Both the position numbers and the translations under genes were made by a program. From a virus, in IMG/VR virus record IMGVR_UViG_3300033816_000195, positions 1 to 64,000 of that record: a stretch of DNA of 64,000 nucleotides. One strand, written 5' to 3'. The notes below the pieces were generated by a model. The model had not been told where the DNA came from. It ran no database searches and saw only the letters and a list, made by a program, of their open reading frames with translations. Below are positions 19,401 to 27,119 of the stretch, piece after piece (the first letter of the stretch is position 1; each line of letters opens with the position of its first letter).

Positions 19401-20392
19401 TTATCTCCAAATTCTTCTTTATAAGTACTTCTAGCAATTTCTTTTGGTGTAAGAATAGCATTCTCATTACTATAAATATTAGTAGTTACAAGTTTATTCT
19501 CAACTACTCTTACTGGTCTTAAGAATTGGTAAACAATTTTACCTTCATTTTCATTAGAAATATTACCGGCATCATCAAAGTAAAGTTGATTTCCTGCTTC
19601 ATCAGATAATATTAATACAACTCTTTCATTAATTTTTAAAACTCCTTCAGGTGTTTTAGCACCAATTGATCTAGCTTTTATAATTTCATCTTGAGTTGTT
19701 TCATCAAATAATGCTTGTCTATTTCCAGTAGCAAAATCATTTAAATTATAAGCTCTAAAGAATAGTTTTTTACCTTGATACATTACACCATCTGTAATAC
19801 TTTGATTGTTCATACTATTGCTTATAGAAGCCATTGTATTAACAATATGTATTTTATTTGGATCTATTCTTTCTACAACAAGTTCTTTAGAATTTTTTGC
19901 AGAAGGTTTTATTTTAACATATGATTGACCTGTACCTGTTAAAGGACTAAATGTTCTAAATCTTCTTGAAGGTATAACTGGTTCATTAATTACTGTTTCT
20001 TTTATTTCAATCTCATTTTCAGATATATCATCTGTATTTATACTAGCATTAATTTCATCAGCATTTACAGGCTTGTCAAATTGTTTTAGTACATTATTAA
20101 TACCATCTTCTGATCTAAAAGATACGTTTAATTCTTTTAATTTATTTACATCAATATTAATATTACTTTCAAAAAAATATGAAGTATATACACTTGATAT
20201 TAATTTAGGTAATGATGCAATGTATTTTGCTGCAGCTTCTGGTGAACCATTAGCTTTAAGTTCATTATAAAAATTTTGCATGAACTCATTTGGATCAAAA
20301 CTTCCTTTTTTTTCTGCCTCTTTTAAATTTGCAACAACATATGAATAAAGTGATTTTATTATCTCTGGATCATTTATAGCACATTGGATCAT
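7430..20392 (-). CDS. giant virion-packaged two-barrel RNA polymerase polyprotein (zincin domain + RNAP + AlkB-like, SLOG-like and DUF4326-like C-terminal domains)
   Basis: Catalytic GSDFDGDK at 12935-12949, preceded by RIP. Also DWSKR, EGDGMAY and HKFS-type motifs like crAss-family vRNAPs. HEAWH at 17891-17905. HRD…H…R motif near 9000-9340. Confidence 0.88.
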   Translation of the reverse strand: MIQCAINDPEIIKSLYSYVVANLKEAEKKGSFDPNEFMQNFYNELKANGSPEAAAKYIASLPKLISSVYTSYFFESNINIDVNKLKELNVSFRSEDGINNVLKQFDKPVNADEINASINTDDISENEIEIKETVINEPVIPSRRFRTFSPLTGTGQSYVKIKPSAKNSKELVVERIDPNKIHIVNTMASISNSMNNQSITDGVMYQGKKLFFRAYNLNDFATGNRQALFDETTQDEIIKARSIGAKTPEGVLKINERVVLILSDEAGNQLYFDDAGNISNENEGKIVYQFLRPVRVVENKLVTTNIYSNENAILTPKEIARSTYKEEFGDKQVYLDSIIKEQEEDLATLKKIQDAALRRKPSDAAYLLPITGMTNGVTTLDSATTISLENLITFPNQSKKIIETIETESKENGIVKQGGGTIRINGEQFPIDRMRINNDIAKQISEIIINSELTVQEKYDFIKQFIPIGMTKSVRNFDITYNFEKNSLFLNIYEKPNLINQIAKYNLSNTNLNNENTAKASEDLFNALTKGYKGYHTFISYDNDALRNNSYRVYKGGKTFERKSYYDLILAQNPNISLIENNPGFFNYSLQFNAPTGPAISNIVTDEQTQEPVDDEFIPVNTTTAADIEATRLYNIITSPEYTDQMARQGILGNEPFHLTKLLVNEIKNNPEYTKEFAREVLDSLINYFSQKQINYINSIIDNKVDGAEIKNGTDIIQNIVQPEAPQPHNNPTNSNKPDDLIDGLFRKGKNLDEKISAKKIKQSIDWWNSPGMKAMRDAIDLNPIMNIVNSDVYATFIVSAGTLANPDRLGKINYNVQKGSIFQNLTIYHEAWHAFSQLFLTPQQKTDLYNEMRSLKGTFTLENGETYSYSTAKIRQLEEKLAEDFRNYMKTEKPETKTPVKNTLFRQILNFLKALLGKILKKFNKKDVTIDALNSPMAKELFNNLRVGNLNSYTPLISNAQLFSLDRGVRNVENPREDILSKQDSTQLVSTIDSIIAEIIDERYQKYKNVPGAKAITIATLVETQRREILLNNVREVLENKLKTEKDKLNKLKPDFDFNGLSTLQNIKDYASAKLTNKKGDHKYVFLASQILDFSKLDPSLKKGERVKGESYAGTIKIVSDFYKHKEIKNENGKPVDIIVVSNLEDAEVQYNNYVEGKAKAYTGFELNQKALQPNLNLSDDQALILDNIRILQLALSNWGDNKTGVIKYYLENTDYEVAKKKYETDYTEILDGEDNAIDSTKVGKGVTRQEEINNDELKGKVSLQQLMSKETAYILKSLFKVDSQGKTPVDRFGFKQRADFSKIFNIVAKTIGGIRDRQKAYDALVREAEKFPEIKQLIESKYPEPNTRNTYEFDISRQFLQDFGKAKVKYMQLFATLNDNGEFDLQSVQASLSISSIQGRWISEFKSSPKTPYINKSANNVSSLNLNAIVSEFKEKSGNLKKSKSLEFAQAIGIGLDTNKNIISELDKNSDYYGLPYIFDAVIEFNELQLLEQAGETLTPLQKEYLDKFRLNPLETLKTTVPKDVFTGIIKEDFNENTQLRRLAELQGKYGYDSATAGVIRSNGNTGYEDINYSTYSARLDALNNVEKITDLWQDKQYSYMSYLDPTINTYTRHLKILNSIFDRYQENGDRKKGRYIEAIAVDGTNINDDLGNTTTELDDKSKFLQEIHSMLLAGWAELPRISEKKFSQGFRVIGGIENGLVLEKGADKNLYVDINMFFEGNKGENYAIVEYLSGYLEGEFDRIKKFKGSQRNELLKITGYNRVVDEVNGKKIYAGEVFSAFDTVLSRETKTKLYNLIEENINVNLRTSLKTDRELARLVSNDFKNYFNELVSNYSKTYYQDVPYLSESLLRKAGVKLSESPTSEELKAIRNNKTITDNIIKAYAYNDWIHKFETSIIMFGDFAQWDHAKEDWSKRIPGATSDGTGFLYDQGTQDFINNTFNAPYETENESGQNVKKLRTYAAIETAKTNGEINYDNYVFSDILNTAVIQDIERKSIYLDDMKAAWKEEFSKTYDNETAEYFTKLNAEAFEKMTEGDGMAYMTIDAYRALHKTGRGWSIAQENLYQKIINGEKVTQAEAAQYFPIYKLHYFGALKNDLIATTAMHKFSVMPLIPGVNAKEGSQLDKLHKKMLRENVQYVTFGSGSKAANLTSTGKLDNIFASDQQKAISDDVEFTLNPIYLANLKEVTVINDEFKGKLPIATQTRAIILDNLFENGEIKNKNNQQIIDSYLNTIKDYTKLLQSDLLNEIGYVYNEKTKRYEGNLKNFVEFIREELSAKDVPNHLVKLVNTTDDGQLTMDLSIHPESQDIEQLLMSVIQKRLIKQTTNGEPLVQAPTSFTNGWWDTQFSNVTDPEERKKLLGSNTLPFYLRGEIINKETGERAATKMMKVAISLQGSYNNLLNQVYKGQKIGTIERLNELIKDEEWLNTGNNRKAITIGGPRIPNDATNTIEGAEVWHFVDPAFGNTVIVPTEIVAKAGSDFDGDKLFFAMANIDKDGNYISKGIPDFENKLKKAQELEKQFEEKKASNKRLTKEDFEKLPEISSEQLIEQQKRYLQNKYIETHTSLLALPENYAYLVTPNLTHLVDKYIPYLEKTRSGYDRYKNPGNIEPNKSAPDKDGKRKTVISPTRLLEATYNLYKHAANLSLEPSLGIQAKITKNHTIFKTIGAKMPNTYKDEFFNLDTGELIIKPLELPLVMRFLHNVVKNEKGELVISLSGEKTQKGSRITDLNSHNLNGILDRAKNPFPFDLQMTPEGINVISYLIQAGVNEEEVFMFVNQPLIKKYMEDQRLMNSAYYTIINGQKASKVKSTALYDIAIPILDTLNDGQKTDLLNKVNREKLRAAINTVRKLEDQNVFVITPNANKGRLLSINDLANELNSKKITEVDKIFLYNQSEDKYNKILYKSASEVGDLLDNSTIPFTTEVLSKTYLPAGDIKLETLYDGISTNDGSSLKSLALFMNFIELEKQFEGMDNLQQSFAPDTSTLTTTQQVRQRKSNYKMLTQSSKIDNGTFERLTKDSVVSSFNIDDLILDLILPLFPLRLNADISTFISDKIVQERRLIKSKFGTGIKGQENFTKAYNNGVINFIYQNYISNFQNEDGKLVNVGPEVGGFPTLIDDNADFDAIVENGVMIVNTKAIEDDFNNKVFLEGNTTARNYAEQGLDVFKPNQNPFLNLNSYYKYVLEREALRVKNPIESLENDLAYKEFLSTLGNIPEDAYEAWLSERALRSSYNKAYIMGSTKYSYSDTILDLIRGLSDKVKSEYPILSQIAPAETRRANVKLLQLNNKKLVKGQLAEIYYSNLRNLGDVTIKKVDDPELNKRISDLFNQFSLMMFYQHGVGPTKFGFTKALDPEQYQELMRSSVNDFFKNYFISAEDTNKILNRIYDTVVSEEMFKNYSVPLKGSHAKEVKDEFIESFDLLTGLSEGPVIMSAEDVASYNTYLSKSNNIKPKVFFTPKTLFTEFYNNVTGKRQTMPESAQWNLNSYGYYDMIDNATKEVYIQNVDLATGKKMLLADEVYPKSSVKPTGAPVNTNVQVISPDYGVVKAETNPTESDTQQIINLIAPQIEKQAYKENVGGNANWQFSFGNMWSRVNLKANPLVIDSFAGISKTKAQIEALKKAGKNTDKTKFIYDYHELDQDGNTLPSLSELQPLIDKIQNALGIDMSNYDSMLGNIYLDNQSIAPHRDTTEAKSAEGYPVIVYTIGNDSGLGIWDDNKGKITFQGAYKQDYQGRNPTNEIPTKDGTIYTFGMEGKGRFALSHTTPLGNIKKNPFPPIKLSDGRVITNYTITLTFRRAADLTSGMPKTPAKLSTQSTVTANNPAEYTNHSGGAIGSDTQWDVIGKEFGMVNNKHYFTGEKGPKNAPLGNVDITNNPIAVEGASKVAQAAKEMWGYKYNTMKDQRLIRNWAQVANSDTVFAIGTLGKEGDIWKGDEKSAEPRKLLKFAVQGGTGYAVEMAIQAGKPVYVFDQVRNQWYKNINGEWSKSEVPTLTKNFAGIGTREINEAGKQAIRDVYENTFKATTQPSTSVKPTIDLSREWSGDLKTRLVYTAEGVNTMRTESAKPNEHFGNPFSEAGYGNTIKVASIGAAVRMYKDWLLNNAVTESEILEGSVSDLAKFDNQRAWILNQINQGKLDGATLLYAGKLEARGQGMHPTALAEVVEQLRSKPTQPTVEPVGEVKPGEPTKTPTIQEEDMKVFQAALTDNDGVLPNKFIVSLPTGTRTWIKNSRNLYDLVDENTILLRNVNMESGLVEQSTTTPVDESKRKALIDQFVNLRNTMPIDEILAEKGIDANDVLLNLQKAKTQEDLLKIETEILKKLC

Positions 20393-23300
20393 TACTGACA
20401 GTTTTTAAATTTATTAATTAAATCATTCTTTATATCCTCTACATTTGTTTCCATACCAATATTGTAAGCTTCTTGTTTAGCTTCATCAGATGCAAGGAAA
20501 ACATCTTGAGCATCAAAAGTTTCTTCTAAAATTTCTTTTTCAGCAGGAGATGTTGTATATGTTGTTTGTTTATCAGAAACATTATTTAACTCTGATTCTT
20601 TAACAAAATTATTTGAGAATTCATTTGGAGAGACTACCATTTCTTTTGCATTTTTTCTAGGTGTATTTTGTTTAGTAGCTAATTTTAACACAATGTTTCC
20701 ATTTTCTAATATCTCTGTTACCACCATTTTAGGGTTACCATCCTTATTAAGATAATAAATATCATTTACTTTTACAACACTTTCTCCATCTATTGTGGAA
20801 TCTATTGGATCAGCAAAAATATCTACTACATCAACAAAGCCTGAATCTAATCTAAAGTTAGCATTAAAATCTTTAACATCTTTAAGTTGACCTTGTATTT
20901 TTTGTATAACATTATCTTTTAAATACCTGTTACTTAATTGCTGTTCTAGACTACTTTGTAATGTATCTAAACTATTTACAGCATCTTGTATTTCTTGAGG
21001 TGTTGTAGCCTGAGAGGCATTAACAAATGTTTCTAAGATAGCTTTATCTTGAGCATTAGTATTATTTAAACTAATTAAACTAAAGACATCTCTTTGATAA
21101 TCTGAAAATGCTCTAGCAGCAACATCACTGGTTGTATTAACTTTTAAATACTGTATTCTTTTAACTGCTTCATGTATTATTTCAGATACTTCTTCTCTAT
21201 TAGGATTACCATTTTGTACAAGATCTATTTCTTCTGGAGTCAACACTCCTGTAGATAATGCGTCAATTGCTAGTAATTGTCCAGGAGTTGGAGCATAAGA
21301 AACTTTTCCAACAAATCTATCTTTGTGTACTTTAAATACATTAGCAAAAGCTTCATCTTTTTCTAGTTGTTGTTGTACAAAGTCAGAGTTTTCAGATAGG
21401 TCTATACTATCAAAGTTCTGAGTAATATTGAATTTACTAAGTCTTTCTTGAATAGTTTCTATTTGAGAGTCAATCTTCTTAGTACTATTTTCATATTTTT
21501 TAGTAAGAGTATTTAATTTATCTTTAGGTGATACAGTTTTAGATACACCAGATAAATCTATCATTTCTTCAACATACTCACCTGTTGCATCCTTATATCT
21601 TGTGATTGGGAAAAGAGTATTCATCTCATCTCTTACACTAGCAATATAAAGAGGAATCAGCATTTCTGAAACTTGTGCTGAATCTTCTATTTCAAACTCT
21701 TTAATACCAATAGAATTTTTTGATATTTTACCATCAGGGGTTCTTCTATAAATTAAAGGTTGATATATACCTTGAGCTGTAGGTTTTCCTGCAGTTAAAA
21801 TTTTTCCAGTTTGCGGATCAGAACTTCTTTGAACAGGTAATAAAGATATACTAGCATCAACACCAATCATTCTTTTTAATAAGGTTGCATAAGTAGCTTG
21901 TTGTAAAGTATAGTTTTCTCTTTTAGAATATATACCATCATCTTTTGTGGTGGCTGTTTTTTTAGTCTTTTTAATTCTATTAAACTTCAACCACTTATCT
22001 TCATTTCCTGTTTTAATATCTATGATATGTATTTTACCTTTTCTATCTACTGCTATTAAGTCAATTTCCCCGGCAATCCTATCTGTAGTACCATCTAGCT
22101 TTTCTATATTAGAATCATATACTACTAATCCTTTAGCTACTATATAAAGTTCACCATTATCAATTCTTCTTTTTATTTGGGTAAGGTGCCCATCTGGTCC
22201 AAATAAATCTAAGTAAGCTTTTTTAGTAATTTTATTAGGATCAAACTCCGGCATTTTACCTTCACCCAAGAAATCTTTTGCAGCTTGATCTACATAATTA
22301 CCAGCTTCTCTACCATCTTCATATGTTTTTTCTGATACAAACTTATATATCTTATTATATAAATCTTCATTGCTTATGTTTACAGGTTGAGTACTAGTAG
22401 TTTGTTCTGCAGTAGTAAGTCCTTTAGATTTATCATAGAGTTCTTTACTAGCCCAAATAGTTTTAGTAGCTTCATCAAAATATTCATCTTGTCTAAGATC
22501 TTTACCCCAAGTATCTTTTACTCTTTGTATTTCTTGATCATATGCTTCAGGTGTACTACTTCTTTGTTTGTCTTTTTCTAAAACATCAATCGTATTCTGA
22601 AGAGTACGTGGACTATACCATAAAAGATCTTGTTGTTTAAATTTATTTGCAATCTCTATAGACTTTCTTTGAGCTTGTTCAGGAGTAAGATTTATACCCA
22701 GTACTATACGCGCTCCTTTAACAGGACTATATTCATTATCTGATTCTTTAAGTTCATCAGCTATTTTTCTATTTTCTTCAGATAAACTATCAATTGCTAT
22801 TTCAATATAATCTTTTCCTCTTGAAGCTTCACCCTGTACAGAGTTTAACCAAGAACCCGTAGTTTTAATATTCTTATCCCAGAAAATTTCTGAAGCTGGT
22901 ACTAATGGTCCTGCTACAACATCTGCTATATTTTCTTTTTTAGAAATAGGTACAGCAAAAGTTCGAAAACCTGTTCTAGGTGCTTCAGTACTTACTGGAG
23001 CTTCTTCTAAAGCAGTTGGTTCTGAATCATATTTAGCGTTGATTTCATCAATTACTTGGTCTTTAGTGTATTCATTTTGAAACAATTCATAGTTGGTAAA
23101 TTTAGTTGCTTGACTACTAAATTGCCCTATATATTCCCAAGTCTTTCCACCATTGTACCCCTCTTTAATAGAAGCTATAGTTTCTTCCTTTTTTCTTTCT
23201 ATATCAGCTTTAGTATCTGTAGTAGTAGAGACAGGAGTTGTAGTTGGTTGTAAAATATTAGTTAATTCATCTGCTAGTTCTTCATATAATACATCTCTAA

Positions 23301-26300
23301 ATCCAGCAAGATCAGCTTGTTTAGCTAAATAAACAAAGCCTAGTATTGAAGACTCAGTTTCTGATAAAGGTTTTATTGTACCATCTTCTAATTTTTCTGA
23401 TACTTTAATATTATAACCACCTTCTGTAGGTACTAAATCTTTAACATAGTTTTTACCTTTAAAGGTAAAGTCTTCTGCTCCAGTATTTTCTTTAAGAACA
23501 TTACCACCAAAAGCAATTTGAAATATATCTTCTAAAACTGCTTTATCTGTATATTGGTAATCACTTGCTTCTACATCTTTTATAGCATTAGTAACCCTTC
23601 TATGGAAAAGATCATTTATTAAATAAGCTTTTTCTCCGGCCTTTAATCCTGTTACAGGATCATCTACCTTAAGTGTTTCTCCTGCTTTTACATTTTCCTG
23701 AAGTTTAATTAACTCTTCAATCTTTTTAATAGAAGCTTTTTGTTCTGGAGTATATGATTTATAAAGTTCTTCTTTAGTTTTTTGTGTTGTTTCTTCATCT
23801 TCAAAAATCATTTCAAGATCTAAGTCTTGACCAAAGAGTTCATCTTCTTCTTGACTTACTGGTTTTTCAGGTCTAAGAGCATTAAACTTAGTTAAGTACT
23901 CTTCAAAAATTTCATCATATTCAGTAGTACCTTCTTGATATACTTCATTAGCAGGTTCATTAAAGAACTCTTTTGGTTTAGTTCCATTTTTAATAAACTC
24001 TGCAAAGTCATCTACACTCATGTAGATACCTCTATCTGCTAAAGCATTTAGTAAAGAGTTTGCTTCTACAATACCTATTTGTTCAGTTACAATATCTCTA
24101 AAAATATTTTCTCTATTATCATAGAGAGACTTTAACCATTCTGTATTTCTTTCTACAAGTTTTAAAAATTCTTCCGGGTTATGTAGTAGGTTATTATACC
24201 TAACTAACTTTTTAGATTCTGTATCTAGTTTTTGGTGATCTAATAAATCATTAAATAAGTCATCTAATTTTTCATCAAATACATTATCATTACTAACATC
24301 AGCAATAGACTTTAAATATTTGTCTACACTTCTTTTATATGCTTGTATTCTTTCAGCTTTATTTACATCATCAAAAGCCCCTAAGTTTTTATCTATGGCT
24401 GCAATAACAGCCTCATCAGTTAATTCATCAGTTTTAATATTTCTTTTTTCAAGTTCTTTCTTCATTGATTTTTTAATCAACTCAAGATTTTCATATCTGT
24501 TAAAGAAATTATTAAATGTTTCTGTTTCATTAAATAACTCTGTGTAAGCTTCTAATTTTTTCTTTTTGTTTTCTAACTCTTTATTTAACTCAGGGTCTAA
24601 TGTACCAGATTTCTTTAAATCTTCTAATGATTTAATTTCATTTCTGATATTACTTATTTCTTTTCCTAATACTAAATTGTCTAATAAACTATTAACTTCT
24701 GTATCTGATATAGATGCAAATGGTTTATTAGCTGTAAGTTTATTTTTAATTCCTGCTTTTCTTTTTATAGCAGATTCAAAAGCTTCATTAAAGAATACAG
24801 CATTTCTCAATGCTACATTCCAACCTGTATAAAGTTGTACTTTAGCATTAAACTCTGGATCTTTTTCATTTAATGTATCTGGAGAAATTGGATTAGGATA
24901 TCTTTCTTTATAGTAATTATATCTTTTTTCTACAGTATCTATTCTGTTAATTATATCATCAAGTCTATTTAAATATTTTTGACCCTCACCTTTTTCTACA
25001 CCAGGAACTTCTTTTTCTATTTCTTCAGGAGTCATCTTCTTCATATCAGTCATCCTTTCTCTGAAGAGATATAAACTACCTGTTTCCATAGCAGTAGTTA
25101 CTTGACTTATAAAAGCTTCATCTGTAGCATCATAAGCTTGTTTTTTTGAACCTGTATTTTTAATATCTGCAGCCATATCCTGAACAGCAGTATTAAATAT
25201 TCTAGAATCATAAAATTGCTTTGGACCAAGACTGTTTAAATTATTTACAATACCATTAAGCATTTCTTCTTTTCTTGCTTTATATTCTTGGTATTCTGTA
25301 TTATTAAATAATCTGTTATATCCTACAGACAACATAGGTACTGCACTATTTAAAGGTGCTGCAAGCGTACCCATTAAGAAACCAGAAGCAAAAGTTTCAG
25401 CACCTTGTTCAGTAAACTGTTTACCAAATTCATCTTCATAATAGTCAAACTTAGTTTTATTTGCATAACCAGTTACACCTCTTGAATATAGATTCATTTT
25501 TAAAACAGAACTTTTAAAAGCATCTGTATAATATTTTTCATTTGCTCCAGCAATTATTTCTTGAGCATTTTCTTGTAAACCTTCAGTAAAATTAGATTTA
25601 AAATAACCTACAGTCTTACCTACACTTTTATATATAGGGTCTTTTGCCCAACCTTTTGCCCATGACATAAAATCATTAGACTGTCTAGCAAATTGTTTTT
25701 TAGTATTATCATAAACAATCTTACCTACAGTACCAAACTTACCGTTACCGGCTTTCATTACATCATCTATATTAGCTCTTACAAAGTTTCTTATACCACC
25801 TCTTGGACCTGTAATATTATTAAAGGTTATTTTATTTGATGCATATATTAATCCTGTATTCCAATATAAAGTATCTAATGAAGCTTGTTTAGCTGTAGAC
25901 ATTAATTTTTCTTGTACATCATTAGTAGGAGCTGTACCAAATTTTTCATAGTGAGCATTATACCCATCTTTATAAACTTTGTTTTCTACCATACCAGCTT
26001 CAAGCCTAGCTTCAGATAAAGCCATATTTAAGTTTCTTACATCTCTATAGAAACCTCCGGCAGTTCTAAATGTCTTAGCAAAACCAGTTAAGTTATCAGT
26101 AGCTCTTATACCTGTTATTGCATCTACAGTATTTTCTAAAGGATTTAAGAATCTTCCTATTTTACTAGTACCTGCAGCATTAGCTGCATTCCAAAACTTT
26201 CTTGCTGATTGAGAATTATTTAAAGCTTTAAGTGTATTACCTACTGCTTTACTAGCATCATATGCTGCATCAAAACCTTTTATACCTCTAAATAAAGAAG

Positions 26301-27117
26301 GTATTTTTCTTGCATTATTTGCAGTAGTAACTGCTGCTGAAGTACCACCCGTTAAAGGAGCTAATGCTAAACCAGCTACTTCTTCTACTATAGCTTCAGT
26401 AATAATACCAGCAGTGTAACCAAAGTTCATTACTGTATTATTTACAAATCCAAACGCTCCTCCTTTACTAGATGATCCTATAGCAGCTAATCTTTCATAT
26501 TCTTCTGCTCCTTCTAGGTCTGTTCCGGTAAAGTCACCTTGAATCATTTTCCATAAACTCTTAGGTCCATCAGTAAAACCTTTCCACACCATTGGTAAAA
26601 ATGAGTGTGACATCATTCTACTCCAATCATCTGCTTTAGTAGTTCTTGCATTAAATATAGCTTCATTATCCCTTAAAGGGTGAAAGCCTATTTTATCAAA
26701 TGTTTCTTGTCCATATGCTGCATATCTATCATAGAATGCTCCTCCACTTGGGCCAGCATTATAACTATATATTCTAGCATAATCTTCATTTGACTGTTTA
26801 CTTTGTATTAATGATTTTAAATAATCTTGTTGTGCATTCATTAAACCTTTTACATCTACCTTTCCAGGTTTAGGTGCAGATTTAATTATACCAGGATTAT
26901 TTACAATATTTTGTTTAATGTTAAAGTTAGGTCTTGTTAAATCTCTAACACCAGGCATACTAAAAGGATTAGGTGCCTGTGGAAAATTAATTTTAGGAGT
27001 ATCTATTTTATCACCTTCAAAAGGTAAATAACTATTAGCATCTGAACCAGGTCTATTAATACCACCAAACTCTGGACCTAAATCATCTAGAGGATTAAAA
27101 AGATTTTCTTCAGCCAT
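20392..27117 (-). CDS. giant virion cargo protein with PD-(D/E)xK nuclease domain
   Basis: 2241 aa. The N-terminal region has Gly/Ala-rich hydrophobic helices and an EGLQENAQ motif. Nuclease motif RIAGEIDL…IIDIKTG…YTLQQATY at ~21890-22080. TAATG overlap with the vRNAP gene. Confidence 0.75.
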   Translation of the reverse strand: MAEENLFNPLDDLGPEFGGINRPGSDANSYLPFEGDKIDTPKINFPQAPNPFSMPGVRDLTRPNFNIKQNIVNNPGIIKSAPKPGKVDVKGLMNAQQDYLKSLIQSKQSNEDYARIYSYNAGPSGGAFYDRYAAYGQETFDKIGFHPLRDNEAIFNARTTKADDWSRMMSHSFLPMVWKGFTDGPKSLWKMIQGDFTGTDLEGAEEYERLAAIGSSSKGGAFGFVNNTVMNFGYTAGIITEAIVEEVAGLALAPLTGGTSAAVTTANNARKIPSLFRGIKGFDAAYDASKAVGNTLKALNNSQSARKFWNAANAAGTSKIGRFLNPLENTVDAITGIRATDNLTGFAKTFRTAGGFYRDVRNLNMALSEARLEAGMVENKVYKDGYNAHYEKFGTAPTNDVQEKLMSTAKQASLDTLYWNTGLIYASNKITFNNITGPRGGIRNFVRANIDDVMKAGNGKFGTVGKIVYDNTKKQFARQSNDFMSWAKGWAKDPIYKSVGKTVGYFKSNFTEGLQENAQEIIAGANEKYYTDAFKSSVLKMNLYSRGVTGYANKTKFDYYEDEFGKQFTEQGAETFASGFLMGTLAAPLNSAVPMLSVGYNRLFNNTEYQEYKARKEEMLNGIVNNLNSLGPKQFYDSRIFNTAVQDMAADIKNTGSKKQAYDATDEAFISQVTTAMETGSLYLFRERMTDMKKMTPEEIEKEVPGVEKGEGQKYLNRLDDIINRIDTVEKRYNYYKERYPNPISPDTLNEKDPEFNAKVQLYTGWNVALRNAVFFNEAFESAIKRKAGIKNKLTANKPFASISDTEVNSLLDNLVLGKEISNIRNEIKSLEDLKKSGTLDPELNKELENKKKKLEAYTELFNETETFNNFFNRYENLELIKKSMKKELEKRNIKTDELTDEAVIAAIDKNLGAFDDVNKAERIQAYKRSVDKYLKSIADVSNDNVFDEKLDDLFNDLLDHQKLDTESKKLVRYNNLLHNPEEFLKLVERNTEWLKSLYDNRENIFRDIVTEQIGIVEANSLLNALADRGIYMSVDDFAEFIKNGTKPKEFFNEPANEVYQEGTTEYDEIFEEYLTKFNALRPEKPVSQEEDELFGQDLDLEMIFEDEETTQKTKEELYKSYTPEQKASIKKIEELIKLQENVKAGETLKVDDPVTGLKAGEKAYLINDLFHRRVTNAIKDVEASDYQYTDKAVLEDIFQIAFGGNVLKENTGAEDFTFKGKNYVKDLVPTEGGYNIKVSEKLEDGTIKPLSETESSILGFVYLAKQADLAGFRDVLYEELADELTNILQPTTTPVSTTTDTKADIERKKEETIASIKEGYNGGKTWEYIGQFSSQATKFTNYELFQNEYTKDQVIDEINAKYDSEPTALEEAPVSTEAPRTGFRTFAVPISKKENIADVVAGPLVPASEIFWDKNIKTTGSWLNSVQGEASRGKDYIEIAIDSLSEENRKIADELKESDNEYSPVKGARIVLGINLTPEQAQRKSIEIANKFKQQDLLWYSPRTLQNTIDVLEKDKQRSSTPEAYDQEIQRVKDTWGKDLRQDEYFDEATKTIWASKELYDKSKGLTTAEQTTSTQPVNISNEDLYNKIYKFVSEKTYEDGREAGNYVDQAAKDFLGEGKMPEFDPNKITKKAYLDLFGPDGHLTQIKRRIDNGELYIVAKGLVVYDSNIEKLDGTTDRIAGEIDLIAVDRKGKIHIIDIKTGNEDKWLKFNRIKKTKKTATTKDDGIYSKRENYTLQQATYATLLKRMIGVDASISLLPVQRSSDPQTGKILTAGKPTAQGIYQPLIYRRTPDGKISKNSIGIKEFEIEDSAQVSEMLIPLYIASVRDEMNTLFPITRYKDATGEYVEEMIDLSGVSKTVSPKDKLNTLTKKYENSTKKIDSQIETIQERLSKFNITQNFDSIDLSENSDFVQQQLEKDEAFANVFKVHKDRFVGKVSYAPTPGQLLAIDALSTGVLTPEEIDLVQNGNPNREEVSEIIHEAVKRIQYLKVNTTSDVAARAFSDYQRDVFSLISLNNTNAQDKAILETFVNASQATTPQEIQDAVNSLDTLQSSLEQQLSNRYLKDNVIQKIQGQLKDVKDFNANFRLDSGFVDVVDIFADPIDSTIDGESVVKVNDIYYLNKDGNPKMVVTEILENGNIVLKLATKQNTPRKNAKEMVVSPNEFSNNFVKESELNNVSDKQTTYTTSPAEKEILEETFDAQDVFLASDEAKQEAYNIGMETNVEDIKNDLINKFKNCQ

Positions 27118-27119
27118 TA

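Noticed and set aside
134-20392. Inteins or group I introns in PolB or the RNAP
   Set aside because: No C/S…HN splice junctions or LAGLIDADG/HNH motifs were seen. The RNAP has no internal Cys and PolB is of normal length.
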